A DNA stretch of 64,000 nt. Origin: Camelus ferus. Taxonomy: Eukaryota. The position numbers and the translations under genes are program-made. Under the pieces are notes generated by a model. The model was not told the DNA's origin and made no database searches. It saw nothing but the letters and a program-made list of their open reading frames with translations. Positions 23,247 through 37,040 of this stretch are shown here, piece by piece; position 1 is the stretch's first letter; each line of letters starts with the position of its first letter. The stretch is from positions 104,596,001-104,660,000 of the forward strand of contig NC_045696.1 in assembly GCF_009834535.1 (NCBI RefSeq), written 5' to 3'.

Positions 23247-25244
23247 ATGGCATATTCTGCCTGGATAAAGCTGGCTAGATGGTCAGAAAGGGTGGCAGCT
23301 TTTGGAGAATTCTGTCTCTCAGGCTCTTGACTCCTCCCCAGAATCTGCCATGTATTATTAACATGCAAATTCCCAAATTCCTTAGCTAATCAGAGCCGAT
23401 TTTCTTCTGAAAATGAAGAAAAGCTGGGATGATGAAATGATACCGTGTATGGGAAATGCTCGACAGAGTCTAGGTTCTCTGTTCCTCAGTCTCATGGAAG
23501 ATTTAGGTCATTCACAGCCTGAGATGATGGCAACAGCCAATGGAAACATGGTCTCTGGAAGCTTTAGGCACAACACTTGCAATATTGTGAAGATCTTGCC
23601 TTTTGGGACCTATTTCCTCCTCTTGTCTTTCCTCTCCAACTTCACATCTAGAAGCTTTCCTTTCTGATGGTCAGCTACTAATCCATGAGATGCTCTGACA
23701 GTAACATAAAGCTTTATCTATCCCAGGGTAAAAGCATTGTTTGGGGAGCCTTAAGAAATGAGGGGCTATTCAAGTCTCAAAAGAGTAAAGCAATGACGGT
23801 GGCATTTCAGGTACGGTACCAAGCAGCAGGGGAGAATCTGAAGATGATGTGTAGGGGGTGGAATTCTGACATACCTAGTGTTTGTTACAATGCATTAAAA
23901 TGGTACTTCTTTCCATGGCTAACAGTTCATTGTGGGGTAGGACTGTAAGGAGGAAAAGTACACATTTTGTTTCTTAAAAGCTTTGATCCAGTAATAAGTT
24001 ATGGGCCAGGCATCTGGGGAAGGAGGGTTCTTCATGAGCAGTTCACCCAGGGTGAACTGTACTGTCCACTTAGATATCAAACTGGTTCTCAGAAATGAGC
24101 TCTTTCTGATCCATCTCATCAAACTTCTTGTCTTGGTGACAGCTTCATCTCTTTAATCTCCTTGTAATCAAAATAAATGTCTTAATAAAGATGCATGCCA
24201 ATCCTCTTTAATGTGTCACAGATATTAACTGTGGTTTCCCAAGTTTTCAGCATTTTCATGACACATTTGCAGCCCCAGAAGCAACTTCTAACCTGCATTT
24301 CTGTGGTCACCATCATCACAATATCACTTCGAGTTTATATAACCTGTTCTCAGGGCAAAGAGGTCCTCTCCCTCATCTCTCACTTGTTTCAATAAATCTG
24401 TTAAAAATGCATGAGATGCAGAGACTTTCCCACACAGTCTGGGCTGCCTTTTCACATTGATTTGGACAGAATAAAGAGATATAAATATACATGCAGATCC
24501 ATGCCAAGAAAGCATTCTCTGTGGTCAGGCTAAGCGCCATTATTTTTTAAAATTCTTTCTTTCTCTGTTTAAAGAATAAACAGGTGAATTATAGAAATTT
24601 TGAACATTGTAGGGGAAAAAAAAAGAAAATTAATCAATCAGGCTTCCACATTCTAGAAAAATCACTGTCAACATTTTGGTCTGATTCCTTCCAGAGGATT
24701 TTTTCCTATACATATTTTTATTTTATATATATGTTTACATTCATTAGTGAGAACAATGTGGTATGTATACATTTTTATTCTACTATACATTACATAGAAT
24801 TTTTATATGTCATCTAACATCATTAATACTTCAGAATTAGAGGGGTGCATTATTTATTATTAAACCACTCCTCTATTGTTAAATAATTACCTTGTTTCCT
24901 TTTCTTTCTATTAGAAATTATACCACAGTTGACAGCTTTCTACGCAAAGGATAAATATTGTAAGCATGAAGTTTTTTGAATAACTGAGAGCTCCATTAAC
25001 TGTTTTTGATGAGTACCAACACTTTAGTGGAAGCCTAATGTGTGCACAGTTCTTTTCCACATGGTATGGGAGAGATTTGACAGTGTGAAATCATGTCCCT
25101 AGCTTTGAGGCTTATTTGAAGATGGATGGCCAAGGCTTTATCTGGCTGCTCCTCAGAGATCGACATATTTTCCTTGTTGGTAGGTTTCCTAGTCTTTAGA
25201 TATCAGGAGGACATACCCTTATGGGTATGGCCTGTGAACATTGT

Positions 25245-25494
25245 TGAGTGGGGATGTGATGCTGGAAAATGCTGCAGCCACCTTTGAAGAAAAGCAAAGG
25301 ACCACTCTTAGGTTGGAAGCCAACACTGGACCTTGGATGTTTGGTGATATCATTGAGTTGATACCCAATTCAGCTTGGTGCTGTCCTGACCCCGGAACTT
25401 CTTATTACATGAAAAATATATTTGCCTCCTCCTAGATTTTTTCTAATTGAGTTGAACTTCTTATTAAATGCAGCTGAAAGCATCCTTACTGATA
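25245..25494 (+). mobile_element. Ancient MaLR/ERVL LTR 3' part (MLT1K/L-like)
   Basis: tgctgcagccacc...ggaagccaacac...tgatatcattgag...aaatgcagctgaaagcatccttactgata. Confidence 0.6.
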
Positions 25495-27987
25495 AAATAA
25501 AATCAACACCTGTCATAACGATGGCGACCATTTCTGAACTTATTTTGCAAACTTCACCTTTAATTGAACAATAATTCTCTTCACTGAACAGATAAAGAGA
25601 CTGAATATCAGAGAAGCTATGCAACTTGCCCCAAATCACAGAGCTGGGATTTGAATCCATATTCGTGTGAGTCTGGAGCCTTGTTGATGGAGAGCTCAGA
25701 GAAGTGAGGACCATCAAGCAGGTTGTTCACGAGGGTGAAGAGGAAGCAGGCAGGTTTTCCTGAGCTTCTGTGCCCTTTGTTGAAATGTGCATGTGTGGAA
25801 TTCACTGCTTCATAAAATATTTTTGCATCTATTTATTTATTTTATCCTCCCCCAGATATCCTGTGGAAGAGGAGACAGGTCTACTTAGGTTTAAGCGCTC
25901 CTGTCCCAAGGCACAATGCTAGCCGGTTTCAGGGGCTGCACAGGCAGCTAAGTTCCCTGACCAGTGAGTGGTCCAGACCCCCCTCCACTAGAGCCCACTG
26001 CTGGGGAAGACTGCTCAAGGGAAGAATCCCATCCCCCTTCCTGGTTTTCTCTCTTTAGTACCCACCATTTTTTTTTCAAGCACAGTATCTACCCTGTGGC
26101 GCTATTAACAAATATAATACATCAGAGAGAGAATTACAAATATTTATGGCTGTAATAACTTCCCACCCAAAAAAGGGGCATGGATCAGATCACTAGAAGA
26201 AAATCAACCCAGCATGAGGTGTGCTTTTCATTTCTTCCTTAGATTTGAATTCAGAGAGTGTGCATGGTTTTCTAGGGGACAGAAACTTCGGGCTCAGGGA
26301 AATAAGACTTGGCCTGACAGGGGTGCTGATTTGCAAATAGGGGATTTAGTTTTTGATTCACTGATTCCATCAGAACTTTGTAACCCAGACATCCCTTAGA
26401 GGTTTTCCGACCGGACACAGAGATTCCAAGAGTGACAGCATTTTGGTGGATGAATGAATTTGAGATACACTTTGCCTGCTCTCTTACACGCTCTGTGTCT
26501 TTCAAAACATGCATTTGGGAAAATCTTTTTGTTAGTTTGCTTTTAAGGTTCAACAAGAAGTAATAAGAGGGTTCACCCTCAAAGACTCATTTCACTGCTC
26601 TAGAAAATTTCCCTTTCTCCACCCTCAGGCTGGCTTGGGGCTCCTCCTCCACTCTCCTGCAATCCCTGGAGATGATCCCCACTTGGCATCTGCCACTCTG
26701 CATCCCAATTGTCTGTCTTCTCGTCCATCTCTCCCACAAGACTCTGAAGTCCTTTAAGCGGAAACTGTACATTGCTTGTGTCTGTGTTGCCAGCCCCCAG
26801 CATGGAGCTTGCCACGGGGACAGGTGCTCAACATATTCTTTACTCCATCACTCCTGAAGGACGCACAGGAGCATGACTCAGTCTGGGTTCACATGTCAGT
26901 GTTCAGGCTGGAGAGTTGGAGCCAGGCTCTCTCAGCCTGATGGAGGCAACAATGTAAGGCACAGTCCAGGGTAGCCTCACCTCTCCCCAGCACTAAATTT
27001 TTGTCCCTTTCTCCTCATCATAAAGTCCTTGTTCGTTCTGGGAACTTACCCCTGACTAAGGGTATTACCCAAGTGGAGGTAGGGTCTACCCAGCTCTCAG
27101 GGACACTGCCAGCCTGACTTCATGTGGCCAGGCCTGAGGTGTCCACTTAATGCAGACAGTGTGCCCTGGAACATAGAACACCCGCATCTGAAATCACCAA
27201 ATCAATTCATCACCCCATCATTTTCCAGCAAGCCCATCACACTCTCTTTCTTTCCTTTGAGAGAAGGTGATAGAGCTGTTAATTTCATTCTTGGACCCAT
27301 GACTGGGACTCTGTTTCCTGTGTTTCCTCTTAGCTGGTTTCCCCATTCTCTACCTGGAAACTAAAAACGAGGGTGAATTCTGACAAGGTTCCCCCCAATA
27401 CCAGATCTGTGATGCTCTCCAGGTGGGAGGTTGTCCTGGCAACCCTGTTCTTCTGCCTGTCCTCAGGATCACTTGGCTAGCTTGCACCGTGCGGGGCTCC
27501 TACAGGGAACCCAATAATAAGAACTGTCAGAGCAGCTGGGCTGAGGAAAGATGTGATGCATGGTTGCCTGTGGTCAGACCTGGGACGTACATCACGCTCT
27601 GAGATGACACTTCAGATGAGAGTGCATTTCATGGCGGGACAAGGACGTTTGTTTAGCGTTCAGAGACGGTTGGGAATGCACTTGCAATAAAGTATAAAAG
27701 CCATAAAGTAGCAGCCAAGTGTTTGCAGTGAGAGTGGCCTTTTCTCAGAGGGGAAGTGGCTGAGTTGCCACTTCTCCAAAGCATCAGCGTAGCGCTGTGC
27801 CCAGGGCATGTTTCAAAAGAGCAAAGCGATTAGTATTTGAAACAGATAGAAATTCCTAGAAGGGTTTGTGCCTTTGCTTATTACTAAAGTGATCTACAAT
27901 CATGCTAAGGTGCAAGCTCAGAACTTCCCATGTGTCAGCTCTTTAGTCTTCGTGACAAACCTCAATCGTGGTCCTGTGGTGGATACA

Positions 27988-28430
27988 CTTGTGGACTGCC
28001 TTCCCAGCTTCCTTCTCCTCACCCTCCTTCCTAATTAGATCCTGATTTGATGTGTAGCCAGGTTGCCCACAGGGGCAGCCTGGTTACTTAAGCAGCAAAT
28101 CAGTGTATGGCATTTCTCTGGCCATTGTCCCTCGCCTGGGAGGGGACTCATGACCATGACCAAGACAGACAACCTAAGGACACATGGGGCATGGTTGGGG
28201 AACTGACTCTCTCTCTCTTGCTCTCCTATGGGGTGAGAACAGCCCTAGTTGCCACTGGCAGCCACCTTGTGGTATCAGGGAACCACCCATAGCATGATAC
28301 CCATGCTGAGGACAGCAGAGCCGAGGGACAGGAGACAGGGTCCCTGATACCACCACTGAGCTGCTGGCTCTGTCCCCTCCACCTCCAGGCTTCCTATAGT
28401 GTGAAACAAGACATTTCCTTAATTCCTGAC
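27988..28430 (+). mobile_element. Ancient ERVL-class LTR (LTR16-like)
   Basis: tgtggactgccttcccagc...cttcctaa...tcctgattt...ggcagccaccttg...ggtccctgataccaccactgagctgctgg...cctccaggcttcc. Confidence 0.55.
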
Positions 28431-28482
28431 TCAAGGTGAGGTAGAATTACTCCTGCACTTGGAAAAGCCCTCATTGATCGAG

Positions 28483-28610
28483 GACTATTATTATTCTCAT
28501 TTTGCTGATAAAGAAGCTGAGGCTGTTAACTTTCCTAAGGTCACATAGCTAGTAAACAGTGTGAAATCCAAGAATAATTTGACTCCAAAGTCCAAACTCT
28601 TAATGACTGT
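28483..28610 (-). mobile_element. MIR SINE
   Basis: tattattctcattttgctgataaagaagctgaggct...cctaaggtcacatagctagtaa...tgactccaaagtcc. Confidence 0.75.
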
Positions 28611-30336
28611 TACATATGGGCTCTTAGAATAAAATGTGAAAATTTTACAGTGCACCTTTATTGAAAGGAAGAAAAGTATGTTAAGTCAATCTTGTTCCCC
28701 CATCCCTCCTGCCTGCCAAGAAATCAGAGCATAAACTGTTTTGCAGGGAGAGTTGCTTTTAAAAACTTTTTTAAAGTTCACATCTTCCACTTTACTCTTT
28801 TTCCCATTTCCTCCTCAGCTAGGTACAGAGCAGGCACTCAGTATGTGTTTGTTAAATGACATACCTCAGCTACCCCAAGTAGGGAATGGTGGCTCCGAGG
28901 GGGGCCTTGGTCCATGGATTCTCTTTTGCATCAACAGTAATTCCCTGCAACTCCAGCATGTGGAGACATTCATGCCAGTGTGAAGAACATGTTCAGCTTT
29001 CAGCAGTAGCAACGTTGTCACAATTAATCCTTAATATGTAGGTCACAGCCCGAGGCCTGAGGGGGCCCTTGATAATCTCCTAGGAATGGGCATCCCGGAG
29101 GGGCTGTTCAGTAACTGCTCTGCCCTGCTGGGTACCATTCGTCGGTTTCTGCAGAAACCCAGCACCCTGACACCATCCTTTTTGGAAAACATGGATTTCT
29201 GATCCACCTCCTCTGCCTCTGCTGAAACTGACCCCACCCTCCGCTCTCCCCCAACACGTTTGGGTGTCATCTCGCCACTTAGCCTCGAAGCCCTCTCCTT
29301 GCCCCTTCTGTCAAATGGCTTTGGCAGGTCACTGGCCCACATGTCTGCTTCTGTCCAAGGCACCTGGGATTTGCCTGAGAAGCACCATTCCCAGGAGACT
29401 TCCTGAGAGATGACACAGCACATGTGTTAAGGGCCTGGCCTCGGGAGCCAGTCCACAAGGCTCTATCACTCACAAAGTGAGTGACCTTGGAGAGGTCACT
29501 TCATTTCCCTGTGGCTCGCTGTCCTCATGTAACACAGGAGTTGTAACAGCCCCTGCCCCCTGTAGCTAATATGCACTGCCCACGGTCACGATGTAATGAG
29601 CTGCCCGGCTCTGGAGGGTGTTACCGGCTGTGCACAGCCTGCATAGAAGCACCAAGTGGTCCTGACTCGCATGTGGCAAGCAGTTAATATATGTTTCATA
29701 TTATTTATCAGTATTACTTTTATTAATGAAACTCCCTGGGATCCTCCCTGCCACCCACATCATCCCAGTGGCCCTGGCTGCCATGCCCCTGCAGAAGCGG
29801 ACAGAGTGGGCGCGAGTCCCTCAGTGTTGTGTCTGGCATGGATTGTTCTGTCACCGCGTGGGTGCCGTCTCCAGAAGCCCTGATCACAAGAGGAACAAAA
29901 CTGCCAGGCTTCCTAGGGAGCTAACAAGCCTGGCACTAAGTGTGAGGGAGGACACAGCTGCATCTTTAATAAAAATTTCAGCATTTCTCATTTTTCTAAC
30001 AACTGAACATTGAGTCGGGTATCCTTAACAAGCCCTCAGAGTACCCGGGGGACGAGTTAGTTTCCAAGGCGTCACATACACTGTCTCACTGGAGCCTTGG
30101 TGTCCCTGAGAGAAAATCAAGGCAGAGAGATTTCCTATTTCGCATGTGAGGAAAAGACAAACCCTGAAGCAGTCGTGACTCCTGACATAGCAGGTCACTG
30201 GCAGGTCTGATACTGGAATTAGGAGCCTGAGGCCACAGGGCTGTGGGCTCCTCCACGTGGACTGGGGCAGGCTGGCTGGGAGGCTTCCAGCAGATGTCTC
30301 TGGCCTGTGAAGCCTCAACCCTCAGTTCCAGTTGCA

Positions 30337-30577
30337 TCAGATACTGACTGGTATATATAAGATAGATAAACAAGTTCATATTGTATAGCACAGTATTCGA
30401 TATCTTGTAGTAGCTTATGGTGAAAAAGAATATGAAAACGAATATATGTATGTATATGTATGACTGAAGCATTGTGCTGTACACCAGAAATTGACACAAC
30501 ATTGTAAACTGACTATACTTCAATTAAAAAAAAAAAGATTAAAAAAAAAAAGGAAAGAAAAGAAAAAAAAAGAAAAC
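30337..30577 (+). mobile_element. Short 5'-truncated young L1 (3' UTR only) with A-rich tail
   Basis: cagatactgac...tgtatagcacag...gctgtacaccagaaattgacacaacattgtaaactgactatacttcaatt followed by poly(A). Confidence 0.9.
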
Positions 30578-31475
30578 CATGAAGCTGCGGCATCCCTTCA
30601 CTGAGGTGACTTATTAGACGCACCCTCCCAGAAGACTCCTTAAACTTTACCACCTGCTCTTGCCAAGGATGATGCAAAGAGCAACCATCCTGTTGATAAT
30701 TGAGCCATCTGGTCCACTCAACACTTCTTTGGGATAATCCATGGAGATTGTTTTGTTTGTTTATTTCGTAAAGACTCGGCTTCATTACAAAGAAGCATTG
30801 TTCACAGAGGAGCTGCTAATGGGGGAAATCACCCAAACTCTCACGTGGAAACACCTCTGATAATTCACTTTATCATGACTGTGACTAACAGGAAGAACTT
30901 ATTTTCTTGGTTTCCTCGAGTTATCTCTAAAGGGAGACAATTTTCCCCTCAGCATGCTGGCAGCCTCCTCTGCATTATTCTGTGGCGGTCTTTATTTGCA
31001 TTCACAGTGAGTTCAAAACTTGGAGTAGTTTGATGAGATTAGTATGAGGTGTCTCTTCAAAAGTTGAGTGGTATAACAATTTAGCGATGCCTCCACTATG
31101 TGAAATGAAATATTAACTTCCCAAATGCAGTGACAGATGGGAACATCATTCCCCTCCCAGGCAGTGACAGCTTCGGATCATACATCCTTGCCACCCCTGG
31201 GAAATGCGTGAGCCCCTCTGTCAATCAGTTCCCCAACCGGCATTCACTGAGCCCCTGCTTGTGGCCCATGCAGCTCTGGGAGACCTGAGACATAGTCCCC
31301 AGCGTTAGGGAGCTGACACTTTAGCAGAACTAACCAATGATGAAAATGGTGAGCGATGGAGAGGTAAAATGGGAGGCACAGACACCAGGAGATGTTGAAA
31401 AAAGAAGACAGTGTGGGTTGAAGGAGAGGGTCCCTGGGAAAGACATTAAGTCACTCCAAGAGCATAGGCATCATT

Positions 31476-31762
31476 GAAACAGACACACAGACATAGTAAA
31501 CAAACTTAAGGTTACCGAGGGGAAAGGGAGTGGGAAGGGATAAGGGATAAATTGGCAGTTCAAGATTTGCAGATACTAACTATTATATATAAGATAGATA
31601 AAAAACAAATCTCTTGCATGTAGCACAGGGAACTATCTATCTTCAGTATCTTGTAGTAACCTATGATGAAAAAGGACATATAGTACATATATGTATGACT
31701 GAAATATGCTGTACACCAGAAATTGACACACTGTAACTGACTATACTTCAATTAAAAAAAAA
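31476..31762 (+). mobile_element. Short 5'-truncated young L1 (3' UTR only)
   Basis: gaaacagacacacagacatag...ggttacc...gatttgcagatac...tagcacagggaact...gactatacttcaattaaaa. Confidence 0.9.
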
Positions 31763-33540
31763 TGCTACTTGCATCATACCTGGGGCCTGACACAGGCTGT
31801 TGAACTTGATCACAGCTCTGTAAGTCTGAGGCTCACCCAACCTCAAACAGCTGTCACTACTGCAGCTGGCATGGCCTTGGTTCCCCTTCAGGACCTAAGA
31901 TTTGGGGTCATGAATCAGGCCGGGTGAGAACCCATTCCCCACTGCTGCTCTTGGAAAGGGCTTCTCTCCTCAACAGCACTGCTCATATTGACTTGTAATC
32001 GTATGTTAATTTGTCTGTCCCCAGACAGGGCTGTGAGGCTCATGGCTGGGTTTCATGTATCACCACACCCTTGGCACCTCAGCACAGAGCCTGACACACA
32101 GCTGGAACTCAGCAAGTGTTCAGGAATGGGGTAAGTGAGTCAAAAGATGTCCAAATCCTCTAGAGCTGGGGTAGCCTGCACGCCCCTTTGCAAGCCTATC
32201 CTGTCTCTTTCTCCCTCTGCCAAGCCCCCCTCCTCCCTAGCCCATTGCCTTTATGAGATAGAAAGCATCCTGGAGACAGTGATTAGACACTCTCCACTTT
32301 GGATCCTGTCTGACCTCCACCCCAGACCCTGTACCATGCTGAGGCCACGGTGCAGCCTCCGAAAACTGACTTGGGTTTTGACTTTGCTGAAAGACAGCAG
32401 CTCTGACTTGAGACTTCAGCTCAGATGGATGCAGCAGCTGGGTCCCCCGGAAGGCAAGTTGCGAGGAGGAGCCCCCCCCATTCAGAAACCCCCTCTCTGG
32501 ATCCTCCCCAGGATGCTGGAATCTTTTAATTGCCCTTTACTAACTGAACACCAGTTTGACAGCTAAAGGACAAGTTTGATAACTTAACGAGGACTAAAGC
32601 AAGGGAACTATGGACGGTCTGACATTTGGCACACTCAAAAGGCAAAAAAGCAGTGACGGCTAACCGTAGCCACGTGAACAAATAAACGTTTTCATTGCCT
32701 ACTAATTAAAATGGCAAATACAATCAAATCCAATTAATGCAGATTGGTCTGTGGGGCTTTAAATCAGAGGAGCCCGGCTGATTGTTCTGGAGTCACCCAT
32801 CAGGCCTGACGTGACTTCTCCCAGGCACATCCTCTTGGCAGGCACCTTTCCCAGTTACCGGATTCATGATCAGCTGGGAAATCACAGGGGTGATTCAGAG
32901 CTGGACTTTTGCAGGGGCCTGTTTCAAGGGTTTCACTCACGTAGTTCAGGGAAGGCTTTCCCGGCTTCTGAACCTGGCTGGTGCCTGTGGTGGTTCTGGG
33001 GTCCGAGGCAGGATCAGGGTGATAGTGAAGCCTGACCCCTTCCCCATGGTCTCCCTGCCTTCCCTTGTCAACAGTGCCTTTTCCCGGCCACATCCTGCCC
33101 TCAGCAGGAGGAGCGTGCAACTTTCGGGCCACCTTACTCTTCCCTTGGCCTGGGCTGGAAAGTGCGGTAACTCTCTCGTCTGACTGAGGTGCACAGAAAC
33201 TTAGTTCAATGACAGGTCCCTGAAGGATATTTTGCCTTGTGCAAGAGGGTGGCCGTGAGTGAGCAGAGACCCTGCCCTGAGGAGAACAGGTGTGTTTACT
33301 TTGGGGAGACAGACATTGTCAGAGGAAGTTACTCCAGTGTCCCTAGGGGCCAGGTCTGGCACGAAAGCAAGACGTGGGCCTAGTGTAAGAAAAATAGGGA
33401 GGGGGGTACTATGGCAGACGGGAGAGCAAAAGCTCTGCCTAAGTGGGTGGCCACTACTAACTCAAAATCATGGCTTCCTGTCGGGGATATGTGCCCCAGT
33501 TCCTAGACGTGCTGGGTTTACTCAACAGTTAGAAATCCAG

Positions 33541-33952
33541 CCAGAAAGAGAAAGAAAAATATCATATGATATCACTTCCATGTGGAAAATAAAACAAAGA
33601 CACAAATGAACTCATTTACAAAACAGAAACAGACAGAGAACACAAAATTACAGTTACTAGGGAAGAAAGGAGGTGGAAAGGGATAAATTGGGAGCCCGAG
33701 ATTTGCAGATACATAATACTATATATAAAATAGATAAATGGCAAGGACCTACTGTATAGCACAGGGAACTATATTCAATACCTTGTAGCAACCTATAATG
33801 ACTAAGGAATGTATGTATGTATATGTATGACTGAAACATTATACTGTACACTAGAAATTGATGCAACATGTAAACTGACTCTACTTCAATAAAAAAAAAT
33901 AGAAAAAAAGGAGTTTCTTCAAAAAGGGTCTTCATATGATTTAAAAAAAAAA
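33541..33952 (+). mobile_element. 5'-truncated young L1 with TSD and probable 3' transduction
   Basis: Contains the ORF2 tail (ccagaaagagaaagaaaaatatcatatg) and 3' UTR. TSD gttagaaatccag (33528-33540) / gttagaaaaccag (33954-33966). Confidence 0.9.
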
Positions 33953-35264
33953 GGTTAGAAAACCAGATCTTTAGGCAAGAATCTCTGGGTTTTTTTGTTT
34001 GTTTAGTTTTTCTAAATTAGCTTATTAAACAACACCTACAACACTGGAACATGGAAGCTTGGGCTCCTGCAGGGTAGCTCGGAGGCAGAGAGGAGAGCAT
34101 CCCCTCCCCGCCACGGGCAGTCCTGGGAGAGCTCAGAGAACAGCCACGTGGGTTAGGTCTCCGCAACAAGCAGCTCTTCTCCAGATTAAGGAGGCGAGCA
34201 CAGGGAGGCGGCATAAGAAAGAACACCTGCAAAGGGTACATGGTTCCAAGGGATAACCTACTCCCTGCCCCACCCCAGGGGTCTTGCCTGTGAACAGCCA
34301 CCCCAGGAGCAATGCCAAGGCAGCAGCTAAGGGAACCTCTGAGCCAGGAAGCTGCTGGCTTTTCTTGAATGGTGAACAAGTTCAGGGCTTTGAATTAAAC
34401 TCATAGGTTTCCTTTTTTTGCCCAGCCTCTCCTAAAAGCTTGGCTTTGAGGATAGCTATTTAATTCTTCTGCAGAATGCACCTCATGGCACGGTGGCAGG
34501 TATTCCATGAGACCATACACAGGAAATGACCAGGAACTGTCACCGGGTGATGTGTGCCCTACAGGCGACGGCATTGATTGCTGTCAAAACTGCCAGTGGT
34601 CCAAAGCATTCCCTTTCCTTGAACCAGGCTGTACCGTACACTGTAGTCCCTTGGCCCTGTGGCCATGCAAGGACTGGATGGAGGTGGCTCAAAGGACCAA
34701 GGGGGTGACCTCAGAAGGTGGGTCCTGTTTCTGCTCCCATTTTGAGCTGCTCTCCATATTCCCAAACTGGCAGAGGTCAACTTCCAAAAGGCCTGAGGGC
34801 CAGCGGCAGAGAAAAGCGGCAGTGAATCTCCTGTGATTTGGAGATGGGGGCATTGTACTTTGTGTCCCCAAACCATTATGATGTCTAGACTTTCAACCAA
34901 TGACACACTTCACGTTGTGCGTCTAGGAGTCTCTGAGTAGCTGGTACCAATGCACTTGAAAACTATAAAAGCCTCCCTGTCAATCTCTGAGTCATCTCAC
35001 TCCTGGAATCATCCTGCCCCTTTGCTACAACTTTATAACCCATTTGTGCTTCTTCTAAAGCACTGACCGCAGCTGCTGCCTCCTCCAGGCGTTCTCAGTT
35101 CGCCTCTGCTCTCAGCCTCTCTCAGCGGTAATTTGTCATATAATTCAAAATGACACTGTGCTCCACTGAACTGTCATCTCTTCTGTGGAGTTTTAGTGAG
35201 GTCCCTCCCCTGGCAGAGAGGATCTGGCCTCCCCATAGGGCCCAGGGGCTGCACTGGAGAATGG

Positions 35265-35410
35265 GGAAGGAGCATGGACTTCTGAGTTAGAAATCCCAGC
35301 ATACACCGCTCCCCTACCATGCTACCCTGAGCCTCGGTTTCCTTAGCTGTAAAAAGAATGAACAGTCCCTCATTTGCAGGGCTATTGTGAAGATTAAGCA
35401 AAGAGAAATG
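35265..35410 (+). mobile_element. MIR SINE
   Basis: gagcatggacttctgagttag...ccctgagcctcggtttccttagctgtaaaa...gggctattgtgaagattaa. Confidence 0.7.
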
Positions 35411-36814
35411 CATAATGCATGCCGTCTGACATATAAAGGGAGTCAGTGACAAGCCGTAAAATGATTTGTTTGCTCTTGTTTTTCTGCCTCTTCTGCTGGA
35501 GGACAAGTTTCCAGATAGTGGTAACTGTGACTGATTCATCCATCTTTATAACCCCAGCGCCTACCCCATTATTAGATACACTCAATGTAATTGCCTGCAC
35601 TCTTTCCCCCAGAGGACTTGCATTGCTTCTTTCAAATGTTTTCTTTATGTTAAAAAAAATTAACACATGTACCAATAACAATACCAATAACATAAAATAG
35701 AAGTTGCCTGTGATTAGGGTGGAGACCTTTGGGGAGAAGAGAACAAATAATCCAACTGCTGCAAATGTCAACCCTTAAGAGATTTTGCTCTCAATTTTTA
35801 AAACAAATGCAAATTCCCAGCTCTCTTTCTTCCATGGACCTGTTGTCAGACTCTAAGACCAAAGCAAACCAAATGGAGTTCCTCTGAAAACCCCTCCCCC
35901 ATTTTTCCCTTGACCCCTAATTAATTACAATTTCATTCACTGGGGACTGCAACTTACTGGCTTATCCTGCCTCTTGACAATGCTCACAACGTGAGAGGAG
36001 GAGAGCCCCAGAAGGTGTTCAGCTTTCATAGTTCTCATTATTTGAAAATAGAGCCTGGGATTGTCTTGCATGCCTCCAATATAGAGCGATGGCTTCAAAC
36101 AAGCTTACGGTTCAAACCTAAAGAAAGAGTTGTAGACCGAAGGTGATAACCAGGGCTGTCAAAACAGTTTGCCTATTTCCCTGGGGGAAAATGACTTGAA
36201 AGGAAAATGAAGAGGAGGAAAGTCAAACTCCTCACATGCAGCAGGGATACAGCAGGTCAGGGGTCCAGCACGGAGAAGAGAGTGGCTGAGCGACAGCTCC
36301 CCTCCAGGCCAGCTGGAAGGAGGAAGGTCACAGTGCCTAGAACACACCGCCCGTCAGAAGGGAGGAAACTGTATATTTCTGTGTAAATGGGATCCCGATT
36401 TGTAAAGTAATGCCCACCAAGTGATCTGAAACCATCTCCTTGTTAGCAAAACTAGCACAGAGCAAACAGCTAGCAGAGGATCTCAGATTCCCATCCTAAT
36501 GAAACTTTTGGCCTTCTAATTAAAAATAAATGTCTACCTTGCTTCCAAGCATTCGGGGAAGACAGGCACAGACTGCAGGGGAGAAAGCAAAGCAGCCAGT
36601 GGGTCCGGGTGAACCGCAGAAAGCAGAACCAGGCTTAATTGGATTACCTCTAATTAGGTGCCTCTAATGAGAACTGGAGAACATTAAGGAAGCATGTGCA
36701 GAGAAGTAACTGGAATAATCTTCATAATTGGAAATACGACTTTAGATAAGGCTTTTCATTCCCTGGGTGGTTTGTTAGGACAAACTTCTCTTCCCATCCA
36801 CCCAGAGCCCAGGA

Positions 36815-37040
36815 TCTGGGCCCTGTGTCTGGGCAGAAATCCTGGCCCATGCTCACTAGCTGTGGGTCTTGGGCAAGTTCCTTAACTCCCTGTGTCTCTC
36901 TTTCCTCATCAGCTGGATGCAAATGATTAAAATAGCGCTTACCTCATAGGGTTCTCACGGGGCTGGTACGAGTTATTACATATAAAACCCTTAGGATCCT
37001 GTCTAGAATGTAGTAAGGATTCAAAAACCTTGACTGTTGT
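36815..37040 (+). mobile_element. MIR SINE
   Basis: ctcactagctgtgggtcttgggcaagttccttaac...tttcctcatc...acctcatagggtt. Confidence 0.8.

Noticed and set aside
27693..27730. TATAAAAG box (a similar one lies at 34964)
   Set aside because: Spacing to an initiator is not convincing, and there is no CpG island or downstream gene structure.
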